Positions 37,900 to 51,035 of a stretch of 64,000 bases of DNA are shown in pieces. Under the pieces are notes generated by a model. That model saw only the letters and a program-made list of their open reading frames with translations. It was not told the DNA's origin and did no database searches. Both the position numbers and the translations under genes were made by a program. Origin of the DNA: Monocercomonoides exilis PA203. Its lineage: Eukaryota > Protista > Preaxostyla. The DNA is taken from the NCBI GenBank assembly GCA_001643675.2, contig LSRY02000007.1:1736001-1800000 (forward strand). The letters are read 5' to 3'. How positions within the stretch are numbered: position 1 is the stretch's first letter; each line of letters opens with the position of its first letter.

Positions 37900-38485
37900 A
37901 ACTATTCGAGATGAATATATTTCATATTTTAGGCAGCAAAGAGTTTTGAACGGAGGAAATGAAAAAATTGAGAAGTTGAAACTTAAAAAAAGGAGGCAAA
38001 ATAAATGAAAAACGCATATTATCTTATTAGAATCTTGTAAAGTGTAAACGAGAACTTTTTAGTGATGATTTTGTGATATTTCAGTTTTGAAATGCAATTT
38101 CAAATGAATTTATCTATCAATCAAAATTAAGATTGATTTATTCAGGATTGAAATGACATTTTAATCACAACTAACTTCTTATTTTTCAACGAATGGTTGT
38201 TGCCATCGATGAAAATCAAATTTAAAGTCACATAAAAAAGAGAATGAAGAAATAACTTGTTTAATTCGTTTTTTTCTTATTAACGATTTGAGGAAAATTG
38301 CAGCTTGTTTCCAAGAGTCAATATCTAAGAATATTTTATCGTTGTTTCAATTGACTTTCAGAATATTATCTTTTTGATAATTTAAGCTAAAATAATTATC
38401 AGTGTTTCAAAAACTGAAATATTAAAAAAAAACAAATTTATCAATTGTTTTGAATATATGTAATAAAATGAAATAATGAAAACTT

Positions 38486-41400
38486 TCAAAGAAGAAGCAA
38501 AGAATTCAGCATTTCCAATGAAAGTGAGTGTCTTCTATCCCCCACGATACGACGAAGCCTTGAAAATAGTCGCTCACAAGAAGTCTCGCTGCAGGGGAAA
38601 GTTATTAAAGCGAAACAAATGTTTGAAAAAATTGAGTGAAAATGATCAAGTTTACTAATTTCAGAGAATAAAACAAAACAATTATCAAGCACAACAGACT
38701 GATGACAGTCAAAAATAAAAGAAGAATACAAAGCTTCCACATGTTCCCTAACTTCCTTGTTTTGGTTAGAAAGAACATTTGACGCATATTGATGAAATCC
38801 ACTTTTCATTCTTATGAACCAATCCATCTTTATTGTTTCGATAATGCTTCTAATTGTCATTTGTTTCTCATCCATATTTTTCAGTTTTCCAAATTCAATA
38901 AATTCACTTGAGCCAATAAATCGAAGATCATCGTCATTTTCAGAATTGTCTGAGGATTCGTCATCATCATTGATTTCAGCAACTTCGCTTCTTTCTTTGC
39001 TCCTTATTTCATTGGTTTCTTTTTCACTTTCTTTTCTTGTGAAATATTTATTGGTCTCTTTCTGCAAAGATAAAGACGAGTCAAAAGTGTCAGGAAATTC
39101 GTCTTCTTCCGAATCTCTTTCAGCTTGCGATAATCCAAAAATATCCAGATCTTCCTCATCAATTTCTTCTTGATCCATTGAAGAAAATTCATTGAATTTT
39201 AACGGAGAATTTTCTGATATTATTTTGAGTAACTGAATAATGTGCATGTCATCTGGATTCTCGCTATCCATTTTTGGAACAGTGATTGTTATATGAGAAG
39301 ATGAATTGCTTTCCTTTTGAGACGATGAAGTTTGCTTTTTGTTTTCGCAAGGTTCAGGATTCAACGAACGAAGAGTGGAATAAAATGCGTCGATTGTGAA
39401 GGGGTTCGATTCATACGTCATTGAAGATGGAACATCGAACATTTTTTTTCGAAAAGATAAATCATTTCCAATGAACAAATCTTTCACAGTTTTTTGCTTT
39501 GAAGTTTCATTTGTAAATTCATTTTGCTTGTCTATTCTTTTCATCTTGCAGATTTTTCGATGATCAGTTTCCATTTCATTTTCAAAAGATATCGAGTTCA
39601 AACAAGAAGGAGAAGAAGATGATTGTTTTGATGGAATGGAAGGAAAAAAAGAAGTGGAAGGAGAGGAAGAGGGAGAGGAAGAGGAAGAAGATGATGAAGA
39701 AGAAATTGCAGTGGAGTAAAATGACGAAAATGAGGGTGAAATTGACTTAAATAAGTGTTCGCTACCCTGGGATTTTGATGAATCTGCTTCGTTCATAATA
39801 TTCATATTAGAATGTTGTAATTCATTATTTGAATCAACGTGTTTGGAAATCGAACAAGTAGTTTCCACTGAAAAAGCCTGTTTATATCCTTCTTTTAACC
39901 TGCACAGTTCTGAGCAGAATGTTTCGGAAAATGATCCTGCTTGATAAAGATTTCTTCCTGTTGGTGTCAAAGAGAAGGCTAAAGAAATAATATTCCCTCG
40001 TTTTCCTGCCAAGAAATAATTAAATAAAAGAATTATAATTTGACATAAACCAGATCGCCAGTTTTCATCGGAAAATTCTGCCAGCTCCTGCATCCAAATG
40101 AACCGTGCAAATGCCTTCAATACCTCGGGGAAAATATCACCTAACTTAATTTCTTCCTTTTCAAAGAACAACTGAAGTTCTTTGAGAGGAAATAAAAGAA
40201 GTTCATTTTTGATCACATCATTAACAAAAATTAATTCCTTCAACTCAGAAAAACAATCATTATAATAATGTTTTCTAATGAAACAACAAATGTCATAAAG
40301 ACAAAGCCATCTGGTTTCCACAAATGTGGGGCATTTCAGAATAGAAGGATTTCTTCGAGAAAGGACTTTCACTTGTTTGGAATATGTAATTAATGAATCT
40401 CTCAATTTTTGAAAAAATTCATTTTTTCTGTAAAAATGACTCACCACTAAATTTAACAGATGATTACAACAATACACAAATATTGGAGTCGTTCCTACGC
40501 ATATCGATAAAGACGTTTTTGTAATATTTTCTTCACTCAAACTTTCAATTGCTTTCCGTTGAGGAAGCAAACCATCCGTGCAAAAGCATCGCACTTCTCC
40601 GTGAAGATCTCTGATTTCCGTTAAAATCTGTGTGATGAGCTTCAAATAGTCTGATGAAGTGCAGCAAGCTTCATTTATCCTCCAAAAAAATGGTTTTGCA
40701 AATTCTTTCAATGGGACTACTGTAATAACTGTATATTTTTTGATTGCAATAACTCCTCCATCAATCATCACTCCAACCATAGAGTTATAGATTATTTTTT
40801 TCCTTTCAGCAATTATTTTGTTCACTTCATCATGAATGATTGAAGAGAGTTTTCTGTGATTTAAACGTGGAAAAATGGACTCTGTTGACAAAGAAGGATT
40901 TTGTTGTGAGATCTGTATTAATGTTGAAATAAAAGTATTAAATTCCGATGAGTAAGCAGACAAGAAAGCTATATTACAATGACAGATCAGCTTCAAAAAA
41001 AGACTAATTAAAGAATCATATTGAAAATGATAAGGCACGATTTTCTTTGTTGCAAAATTTGTTTGATAGCTTGAAGAACATGGTGATTTTAAATATTGGA
41101 CGATACAAGAATTATTCAACAGAGAACATTGATGATTGCATATCCTTTCGCTTCCTTTCCTTCCACATATCCCGCAATCAACTCCTTGCTTGCTGTTAGG
41201 ACATAAATAGTATATGTGGCCATCCTTTTTTAACGAGCCATCATTTTTGACTGGAGTATATGCTATCCAAAGTTTGTTGTTGTTCACTTCAAAGTGAACT
41301 TTTCCAATTTCTTCACCTGTATTGTTGGGGTGTTTGTAATCTTTTTTTTAGAAAGAAAAAGATATGATGTAACTTTTGATCGTTATAAATTATATTCACA

Positions 41401-41630
41401 CATGTTCCAAAATTAGTGGTTTTCGAATATTCCAACTTGACAAAAGAACGATTGCTTCTTTTCAACTCTTCAATTTTTTTCTCAATGCATCGCTCTTTGA
41501 AAAAAAAATCAAAACAATTCATTTTTGTTTAAATAAAACAATGTTTTCAAACCACTTCTTTTGTCTTAATACAATTTTGTAATTCAAGAGGTAAAAACTT
41601 AATGAAATCATAGTCATTTGAAACTTCCAT
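38486..41630 (-). CDS. hAT-family transposase, apparently intact; short 5' exons plus 933-aa main ORF
   Basis: Zn-finger-like CP..C..H.C; MIDGG, CTDG, CCNHLLNL, ETRW, PCSETSCERLFSRL..DRRHSL (D, D, CxxH, RW, E plus dimerisation motif). 5' exons MEVSNDY.. and ..NFGT| are inferred by similarity to hAT-2. Confidence 0.88.
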
Positions 41631-42741
41631 GATATCAGCTTTCTGAAATAAAAGTTGATCTATTCGACAGATTGATCAGATTGACAGACTGATCTATATG
41701 ACAGACTGATCATTTCGACCGACTGATCTTTGTCGAATAAAAATAAAAAATGTTTATTTATGAATTGTTAACATATTATTAATTACTTGAAAATACATGT
41801 GAATTATATCTATCTTATTTTGTTTGAATTGAAAATTAAAAAAAAAAATTCGAAAAAATGCAATAAACATTTGAATAAATTTTTTTGTTGGTCGACTTGT
41901 CGAACGCTTTCAAAAAATGTCGGTCTGTCGCAAAGGTCTAGTCACAAATGTCTTATTTTCAAATAAATCTGAAATTTCATATTTTCCTCAAATTTATGTT
42001 TCAGCTCACAAATCTCCTCAATAATGTTTGAAATAGCATTATCAAGTGATTGATTCCACATAAGTGAAGTTTGATATTTGTTAACAAAATATTTAACAAA
42101 ATATGTGGGTGATTCTTTTTGAAAAGTCACAAATGTTTAATTTTCAAATAAATCAAAAGTTTCATATTTTCCTCAAATTTCTTTTTCCACTCACGAATCT
42201 TTTTTAGAATGCTAGAAATAGCATTATCCAGAAATAGATTCCATATTTGGTAAGTTTGGTGCATGTTAACAGAAATATGAGACATTTATAAAATTTTTGA
42301 TTTATTTGAAAATTAAACATTTGTGACTTTTCAAAAAGAATCACCCAAATATTTTCCTCAATTTTGGAATTCTTCTGTATTTTTTTGACATGGAAATGAA
42401 AGACTTATAATGATAAGGTTGGAGAAAAAGTTTGGAACAAATCGTTGTTTTAAACCTGAGTGACGTACTGACTTTTGACGTGAAATTTTCGAATTCTGAC
42501 GGACTTGGAAATTTTATCACGTCACTGAAAATTTTTCATTAATTCTTTCACAGTCTTTTGATAATGTTAATATTATTTTTATTCTTTTATTCTAACCTTC
42601 AAAAAATTAATAAATAGTATCTTTGAATTTTGTTTTTATTTTTGATCACACAAATAAAATATATTACACTGACGCATTAGTCATTTGAGGAATTTCAATT
42701 GTCATTGACGGTCACTGACGTCAGCTTCAGTCAATACGCAA

Positions 42742-45647
42742 ATGGAAATACTGTCGAAAGATTATCAAAGTGAATTACCAGATGAGTTGGTTTCGAGCCT
42801 CAATAACCCTCTAATTGTTTGCTTTTCAAAAAATGCATTTGTTAAAATATATTATTTTGTATTTGATTCATTGCAGCAAGAAGCTTATGAAAAAATGAAA
42901 AAGAAAATGGAGAATGCGAAGTGCTCATTTGTTCAACTGCAAAAACGCATTAACTCAAAATATGGAACAGGTAAACGTTAAATTTGAAAATAATATTCAA
43001 GATTCATTTTTTGTTAATTTTTCCAAGTGTTCGTTCATCCAAAAAAGAAAAATGAATTTATATCAAAGCTCAAATTTGAACTGATGGAAGATATTTTATG
43101 GATTACTTATGAAATTACGGACGAAAATGGATATACAGGGAAAGATTGTCACAAGTATTTCCTTTGCCCTGTATCCAAGGATGGATATGCTTGCGGCATA
43201 TCAGGAAGGAAGAATTATTCCATTGTTAAACATCACAAGTGCGATTTACTGAGTATTCGAGAATTTTTGAATTTCAAAAAACAGACAGATTTACCCATTA
43301 CCAAAAGTTCTCAAGAGCACTCTATATCATTTGAACGAGATTGTTCACCCAAAGAATTAGAAAAGCAGTTTATATCGATGGTTGGAAGGTGCAATGCTTC
43401 TTTTTTGTCTTCATCCTCAAAGGAAGTTAATACATTCATATTCTCCTTAATTCGAGCCGGTCAAGCTAATCCTTCTATTTCACCTTTGTCAATTTTCCCA
43501 TACTTAACACGAAGGAAAATTTCTCATTTGATCATCAATGAAAAAACTGACAAAGAGAAGGAAAAAAAGCAAAAAGTTTCAAACAAGGGAATAAGCGTAA
43601 TGTTTGATGGAGCAACTGCTGCAAATAAAAAATTCATGGTGGTGAATGTTTCCATTTTGTCTTTGAATTCTTCTCCATTTTTTTGGGGTCTTTATGAATC
43701 GTGTGGAACAACGTCGGAGTTTTTTTTATTCATTCAACAATTAATCTCAGAGTTTCGATCATTCAATGCAGTCATCAGAAGTTTTTGCACTGATGGTTTT
43801 TCTTCACAGAAAAAGGCAATAACTCAATTCTCTGAATTCGAAGAAACTGGCTCAGGAAGTTCTGAAAGAAACAGATACTCATTTTTTCCAGTTCATATTC
43901 ATTGCTGCAACCATCTAACAAATTTGGTCATCATTAATGCTTTTTCAATAATTCCATTTTTAATTTCTATCAAACAAAAGTTACAAGATTTTTCACAACG
44001 ATCCCATTCTAAATCTGTAAGAACACTCTTGAAAAAGCGCATTCCTTCATTCGTCACAACAAGATGGATGAGCCTGTTCAATATTTCTTCTTTTATTAGG
44101 AAAAAATTCGATGTTGTTGTTAATCAAAAAATTTTGGATTATTCATGTGCGTTAGATATTATCAAAACTGAGTTGTTGCTTTTCCCTCTACAGAACCTTC
44201 ATTTAATGTTTGAAAAAGACAGAACAAAGCTTTGTCAAGTGTTTCCTTATTTACTCGATTCATTTGATTATCTATTTCATATTTCAAAGCATCATTTGTT
44301 TCAAGATGCGAAATGGCGCAACGCTATCACAAACGTTATCATTTTGTTACATAATTTTTTTTTAACAGGAATTCGGGGGGAGTACGTGTCACTTTCTTAT
44401 GCATTAACACCAGAAGGAATTCAATTGATAAGAAATCAGACATTTCCGAAAGCTCAACTTTCTTCATCTTTTTCGTTGAAGTGCACGATTCAACAATCCG
44501 ACTCAAATGAAACAATTGTGTTTAATCAATCTCAATCTTTCCCTGTTTCAATTTTTCATCCTTGGCCTTTTCCATTTGATATTTCGGAAAAAACATATTT
44601 TGTGTCAAAAAGTTTAAATTCTTTCGATTCTTCAACTTCCTTCATGAATGAAGATACTCATGACATTTATGATCTTTCAATGCCAAAAAGAAAACAAGTT
44701 TGCTTCGACAAACAAAATTCATCAATTAAAAGCAATAGTTTGCAATCAATATTTCTTCATTTTTTTTAATTTTTTTTTTTTTTATTTTTTAATGATTTTT
44801 AGGTTCGGAAAATAAAAATGAGGAATTTATTGAGATCGAAAAACTAATAAAAGAAATTGAAGAAAAAGAAAAAGATGTTTTTACGAAAATTGGTGAACTG
44901 AAGGGTTTGGAAGACAGTGAAAGCGAAGAAAGCGAAGAATATGGACTTGTACAAGCAGAAAATGATGCGATTGATGATGTATATGATTGTTTATTTCGTA
45001 AGGAATTGGAAACAGAAGATTCTTCATTTATACTGGAAGATTTTGCGTCATCATCAACATCTCCTTCTTCTTCCATCTCACGGACTTTGAGATCTTCTTC
45101 TTCTTCTTCAGAACATTTTTCAGATATCGATACTGAATTGAGAAATGACTCCTTTCATTGTGCATGCAGCACAGCTGGAGAAGAGACGTTTCAAGATGAA
45201 GAAGAAGTACAGGAATTATTTTCGACATAGAAAATAGATTTATGTATAGAATTCAACGAAGAGAAAGAAAAAACTATATTGCAAGAAATCCAAAATTTGC
45301 TATACACAAACTGGTTTCCTCGACTTGACAGATCATTTACGAATTATGCTCGAAGCGTGCTTAAAGATTATGGAAACAATTCTATAACTGCTTGCAAGTT
45401 GTTCTTTGAAAATCAGATGAAATCGAAGCCGGAAGAAATGCTCGAAAAAGATCCAGAAATCTTTTACAATGTAATTGCTGAGTTTGGTAATCTCCAATCG
45501 TTGTATTCAGGCTTATGTTTGTCACTAATCCTATCTCCATGCAGCGAAGCTAGCTGCGAGAGAATTATTTCAAAAATCAAAAACATAATTGGAGATAAAA
45601 GAAGCTCGATAAGCTTACAAACTTTGGAAGCATTACTTCATATTTGA
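42742..45647 (+). pseudogene. hAT-family transposase, spliced, with a single in-frame TAG at 45228-30
   Basis: CPVSKDGYACG..HHKC, MFDG, CTDG, HCCNHLTNL, TTRW, PCSEASCERIISKIK..DKRSSI. Intron 44738-44802 restores frame; ORFs 44907 and 45279 are in one frame across FST*KIDL. Confidence 0.85.
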
Positions 45648-46249
45648 CTTTAATCACTGTTTTGTATTTGTCTTTTAAAAATTTATTTCATTTCATTCTA
45701 TTTTTCAAGTTATTCTTATTGAACAAGCAAAGCATATAAATCATATTCAAAAATACAACGCTTTCAACGTGGTAAAATGATCTTTAAGTTGCGAATGATT
45801 TCTCTTTATATGTTTTTAAAAAAATGGAAAATCATACAGACATATGTTTTTATCTTAATATAAAACGTTCATTCACTTTGTCCGATATCGCAAACTTGTG
45901 GTTTTATGTTCCTGTAATGAAGGACTTTGAAATTGAAATTTCATGAAAGATTGTTTCAAATGAACAATGCAAAATGAAAACAAAACAAAAAATATAGATG
46001 CACTTTCTCAGCATCATCAATTCTAACCTTTATTATTAAATGAATATTGATTTGTTTGAGTGTTAGCATTTAATCATTTCATTCGATTGATACAGCTTGT
46101 GGAATGAAGATTTCTTCACTAACCTTCATTCAAGAAGTTATTTATTGACTGATTCATTCCTTTATTCTTCTCTTCCTCTTCCAAAAGCCTTTCGATTGAC
46201 TAATCATTCCTTCTTTAACTATTTCGACATTAGCAATTCTGCCTGGCCC

Positions 46250-48700
46250 GTCCAAAAAAACAACACAGCAACGCCATTCTGTGAAGAGAGCTCCACACGA
46301 TCAAAACATTTTTTGGCCCTTTGAATCTAGCCAAATGCACTTACAGTTTCATGTTTTGGAGAAATCTCAAGAATCCTTCCCTCGACAGCTGTGTGGATAA
46401 CACAGCTGGATCACTGAAAAGACGATTCTGCAGGAAAAGCTGTCATTTAACTATCTAAACCATATTTATGCCCACGAGCTCACACTATCAGCGGGGATAT
46501 TCAACCTCCACGACGAAAAACTTATCATAGAGGCTGATATGCGCTTGCTGCAGAATCTGCTGCACCTGCCATTCTATTTGGATGCTGCTCCGCTGGGAAG
46601 CAAGACATTTTGGAGATCGTGTGCCAGACGCTGATTCCAACTGACGCATGTTGTGTTTGAGATCGGGCGAGGCACAGAGATAACTGCGATGCACTTTCTG
46701 GAGCAGATACCAATCTGCGAGGTGAATGCTCCGATGCAGTCGATTGTGCTGCGGAACGAAGGTGGGACGAGCATCGACAACAGACTGGAATTGTCTGATG
46801 TGAAGCGGCTGAATGCGTCTGCAACTTATTTCCCTCTGTTTGAGTGTTCTATCACGAGAGGGATTGTACCTGCTATGAAAAGTAGGCAATATATTGGTGC
46901 TTCCATCCACTGATACAAAGAAGCAACTTAATGAGGATTCAGATCATGTTGGAAATCAGATACAGCGCAATGAGTGAGATGAATGAGAATGTGGAGGAGG
47001 ATCAGAGGGGAGAGGAAGTGATGGAACTTAAGGCATCACACACACAAAAACTGAGCTCCAAGCGCTGCTGGCAGGAGACGGTTTCATCGCGAAGGAAGGA
47101 GCAGAGCCACTTGTGGATGAGAAAAAGACAACAATTCCAGCTCCTCTTTCTCCGCTGCCTGGCCAGCTGTGCTTGTTGTCACATGAGCGAATTGGCTTTG
47201 GGAGTGTGGCGGGTGGGAGCATCGAGCGGAGGCTGGTGTGTCTGGTTTATCCGCGTGTGAGGAGACACCGTGCACTGCAGAAGAGGGCGTACGAGAAAAG
47301 AAAGAAGAGAGACATCCTGCATAACTGGAAAGAGATCCATCCGCTGATCAAGTTGCAGGTTTTGACGATTCTGCCGATCAAAGGAAAAATTGCAGAAGGA
47401 TAGAAATGTGTGTGTGATGAACAACTTTATGTGATGCATTCTGTTATTTTGGTGAATTCACTTCTGTAACTTTCTCTTTCGATGAATTCGAAGTGGAATT
47501 CTTCAATTGAAAATCAGAATACTTCAACTTTATTTGCTGTGAATAATGAAGAAGCAAGTTCAAAAGTTATTCAGATCTTTTTGTATCAATGTTTCCCTTC
47601 AACATGTCGAACTTCTTTTATGAATGCTTCTTCTTCATCCTCTTTATCTAATGTTGTTGCTTCCAACATAAACTCAGGCAAAACTTATGATCACTCCGTC
47701 ATCGCCTCACTCTCCACGCAGCACTCTCAACTGGGAAAAATCAAAGGGTTTCCTTCTTCTTCTTATCCTGTGCCTTCTCAATCTTCATCTTCCTCCTCAC
47801 TGGCAATTGCCCCGCATCAACCAAGCATCCGCAAGCAGCCACCGAGAGTGAGCGTCATTGAGCGCATGACGAAATCAAGGGGCATTCAAATAGCCACACG
47901 ACTTGAGCAGTTCCGCCCTGTCCTGGAAAAAGCGAGAAATGAAGAGAATTAGTTTCTGTTGGAGCTAACGAGGCAGCCTGTTGATCCACTTTCGGCTGCT
48001 GCTGCGTCAACACTGCAATCACGAACATTGGCCAGTGGCATTCCACTCAATGAAACCACGAAGCAGGCACTGGAGATAGCAGCGCAGACAAAAGAGGAAC
48101 AGAAGATCAGGAATTTTCAGAAGGAGAAGGAGAGAAAAGCGTTTGGGATGTACAACCTCACTCCAACTTCGTCCGCCATGAAAGGAACTCCAAGAGAGGA
48201 CAAAAGGAACTTGGATCCGCTGAGAGAGTCGCAAAGCAGCAGTGTTGGAGGAAGGAGAATGACTTTTGCAGAAGAAGTGAGCGGAGTGAATGTGTCTCTT
48301 CCTCCCTTGTTGAATCCGTCTTCTGGCTCTTCTTCTGGTTCTTGTTCAGTTTCAGTTCCATTGTCTTCTCAACAGGGAATAGTGCGACAGTGGTTTATGC
48401 AATCACAGGAGATTCAGGGAATTCAATGGTTTATTTCAACTTGAGAAATGAATAAGAAATACTACGTATTTCGTCTGCATCCTTTGGGGATGCAAGAGTC
48501 AAATGAAGGTGAAGAGTGCATGAAGGGCGGATGCCATCGAAGAAGGAGAAGTTTTGTCTGTTGGATGGGCTGCAGAATTTGGATGGAAACGATTTGGACA
48601 GAGGGATGAGGGGAATGCTGGGCGAAGGAGACGAAGATTGTGAATGGAACGACGGTTTCAGAGAGCCATATCAGTAGATATTTTTGAGAATGTTGTTCAA
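46250..48700 (+). pseudogene. Highly degraded coding cargo, possibly a DIRS-like retroelement relic
   Basis: GC-richer, broken ORFs. Ordered motif remnants RELHTI ... VDNTA ... AGIFNLHDEKL recall RNase H (REL.A, DN..A, PG..N..AD.LSR). ORFs 47482 and 47959 are in frame across one TAG. Confidence 0.3.
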
Positions 48701-50795
48701 AAATAGCTCGACTATCCGATTTTCGGAGCTGTATAAAGCTTCTCTTCTTTAAAAAGTGTTTCTGTTTCAGCCACCTCTCAGTGCAAACAGTAATGGAGCT
48801 ATTTCTTCTGTTTCTGCTTCATTGTCATCTTCAGTTATCACTTCTTTATCCTCATCTTGCTCCGCTGTTGCATGCATTTCTGGTTCGTTATTCTCTTCTC
48901 GTCCTTCTTTTCTCCTTTTTCATTAAATATTTATCATCACAAAAATTTCTTCAATTCTTTTGACCACATTTCCTTTCAAAATATTTTATTAGATCAAGAA
49001 CTTTGTTTTCTTTCACTTTATTCAACAATCTTTCTTATTTTTCATTTTCTATTCATCTTTTTCTCATTTTGATTTGTTATGTTTTCCTTCATCAACATAT
49101 TTCCTTGTTTCCTTTTCATTTCATTCATGATCTCTGATTTCAACTCAGAATGTGAAGAAATCCAATCAGATGATGTGTGAGGATAATGAAGAAGAAGTTG
49201 TGTGAAATGTTGTTGATGTATTTGAAGAAGAAGAAGAAGAAGATAATGAATGGATTGAATGAGATGATTAATTGTTGAAAATTGAGAAGATGAGTGTCAA
49301 TGAATATCAACAGCGAAATTCAATCGAATTTTCTTCTTCAGGGTTTTGTCTTCTTCTGCAGAGGAGAAACATCTGAATCTTTTTCACTTTCAGCTCAATC
49401 ATCCCTCCTCTCCAACAATAAATACAAAGCACGCGTCAATCTCTTTTTCGTTCCATCTCTTCTTCTTTAACTTGCCCCCTTTCACAAGAAATCTTCTTTC
49501 CTCAAAAAAATTTTTTCGCCAATGCCCAATTCCAGCCATCTTCGATTTATCTTTAATTTCATCAATCTTCATTTCATTTTTCTTCCTTGCTTTTCTTCTT
49601 CTTCTTCAAAGCCATCCATTCCTTCGCTCTTTCAGCATTCTTAAAAAAAAATAATAATAATTACTTCAAATATATAACGACAGCAAACCTTCTAAACATA
49701 TTTTAAAGTCAATAACTCTATGTTATCCTATTGGCAACTGTTTCCCTCCAATAAAAATTCATAATTCCTTCTGTTTTCAAGTGTTTCATCATCTGATTCT
49801 CCAATCATCCTTTCCATCAGTTGTTTCTCCATCAAGTGAATCGATTTCTTGCTCTTCTGAAAAATGTGAAAAACTTGCATTCAGCTCAAATTCCATCTTT
49901 CTTAGTGAAAAAAAGATTGTTTTTCGTCAGAAAATTTCATCTCCAATTCCCTTCCAAGTCCCTTCATCCTGAACACTTTCCTTATGAATTCGCTGTCCGA
50001 TCTTGGTAGTCAGACTGAATAACAAGAAATAGTGCTTTAATTCATTTTCGATCATTTCTATCTGCTGCTCTGAAATCAATGCAAAAGCTGTCAATAAATA
50101 AACATTCATATTTTGTAAAACAAATAAATAACAAACCTTCTTCTCTATTTAAAACGAAAAATCCTTCTTCAGCGTTTTTTGAGTCCACAAAATTTTTGTT
50201 TATCCAAAGGAATACTGCTTGTTTGAAATGCGTAGCTCTATTTCTTCAATAGATAAAAAATTAGAACAAAAAGAGAAATAGAAATCATTTCAAATCTTAA
50301 AGTTTCTATCTCAAACTTAAATAGAAAAATTGCATTTCATGACTATTGAAAATGGTATTATTTCTTTTTCGTAAACAACAAAAATAAAAATTTAAGCAAA
50401 CATGTCAATATCCATTTCTTTTTCATATTGAAGTTCAATATATTAAGAATATATGGGTCAAGCAATTTATCAAAAAATAACAAACAAATCATAAATTTTC
50501 CAAACAATTGTAATGTCCAATCGCTGATCTTTGATTTTTGAAAATTTTGCAAAAATAATTATGGAACAAATAAAAAAATCAAAAAATAGAAAAAAAATAA
50601 AAATATTATAAATAATATTTTTGAATGAATGTTTTTTTAGAAATTTTTTGCATTGGACACCAAATAACAAACGAATTTGAAATTTTTAAATACTGACGTG
50701 AAAAAACTCCAGTGACGGACGTGAAGGGAAAATCTTCTTCACGTCACTTAGGTTTACGTTGTTTCTTTCATAAATGCAAAAAATTTTTCTCATAT

Positions 50796-51035
50796 GGGTG
50801 ATTCTTTTTGAAAAGTCACATATGTTTAATTTTCAAATAAATCAAAAATTTCGTATTATGATCAAATTTTTGTTTTAGCTCACAAGTCTCCTCAATAATG
50901 TTTGAAATAACATTATCAAGAAATAGATTCCATTTAAGTGAAGTTTGATATTCGTTAACAAAATATTTAGCAAAATATGTTATTTTTAATTTATATGAAA
51001 ATTTAACATTTGTGACTTTTCAAAAAGAATCACCC
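50796..51035. mobile_element. 240-bp MITE, GGGTG family
   Basis: gggtgattctttttgaaaagtcaca ... tgtgacttttcaaaaagaatcaccc; TSD atat at 50792-95 and 51036-39. Confidence 0.9.

Larger units (their letters stand above)
35586..41940 (-). mobile_element. hAT transposon 1 (6355 bp) with captured host gene fragment
   Basis: TIR taggcctttgcgaca / tgtcgcaaaggtcta (14 of 15); 8-bp TSD gtcacaaa at 35578-85 and 41941-48; subterminal gtcg/cgac and cagactgatc repeats. Confidence 0.93.
35559..42346. mobile_element. GGGTG MITE composite: truncated copy (35559-42106, split by hAT-1) plus complete 240-bp copy (42107-42346)
   Basis: Starts gggtgattctttttgaaaagtcacaaa, resumes at 41949, ends aagaatcaccc; TSD aaat at 35555-58 and 42347-50. 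Confidence 0.8.
42451..50756 (+). mobile_element. hAT transposon 2 (8306 bp) with ~5 kb cargo
   Basis: TIR taaacctgagtgacgt / acgtcacttaggttta (15 of 16); 8-bp TSD cgttgttt at 42443-50 and 50757-64; TGACG repeats clustered at both ends. Confidence 0.93.
35508..50791. mobile_element. GGGAC MITE copy (GAG...CTC ends) hosting two large insertions; reconstructs to 178 bp
   Basis: gagactaaatattttgctttatgaattttgttcc..caaac-aaat-[35559-42346]-aaat-attttcctc..tttggaacaaat-cgttgttt-[42451-50756]-cgttgttt-ctttcataaatgcaaaaaatttttctc. 15284 - 6792 - 8314 = 178. Its own TSD is not conserved. Confidence 0.8.
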
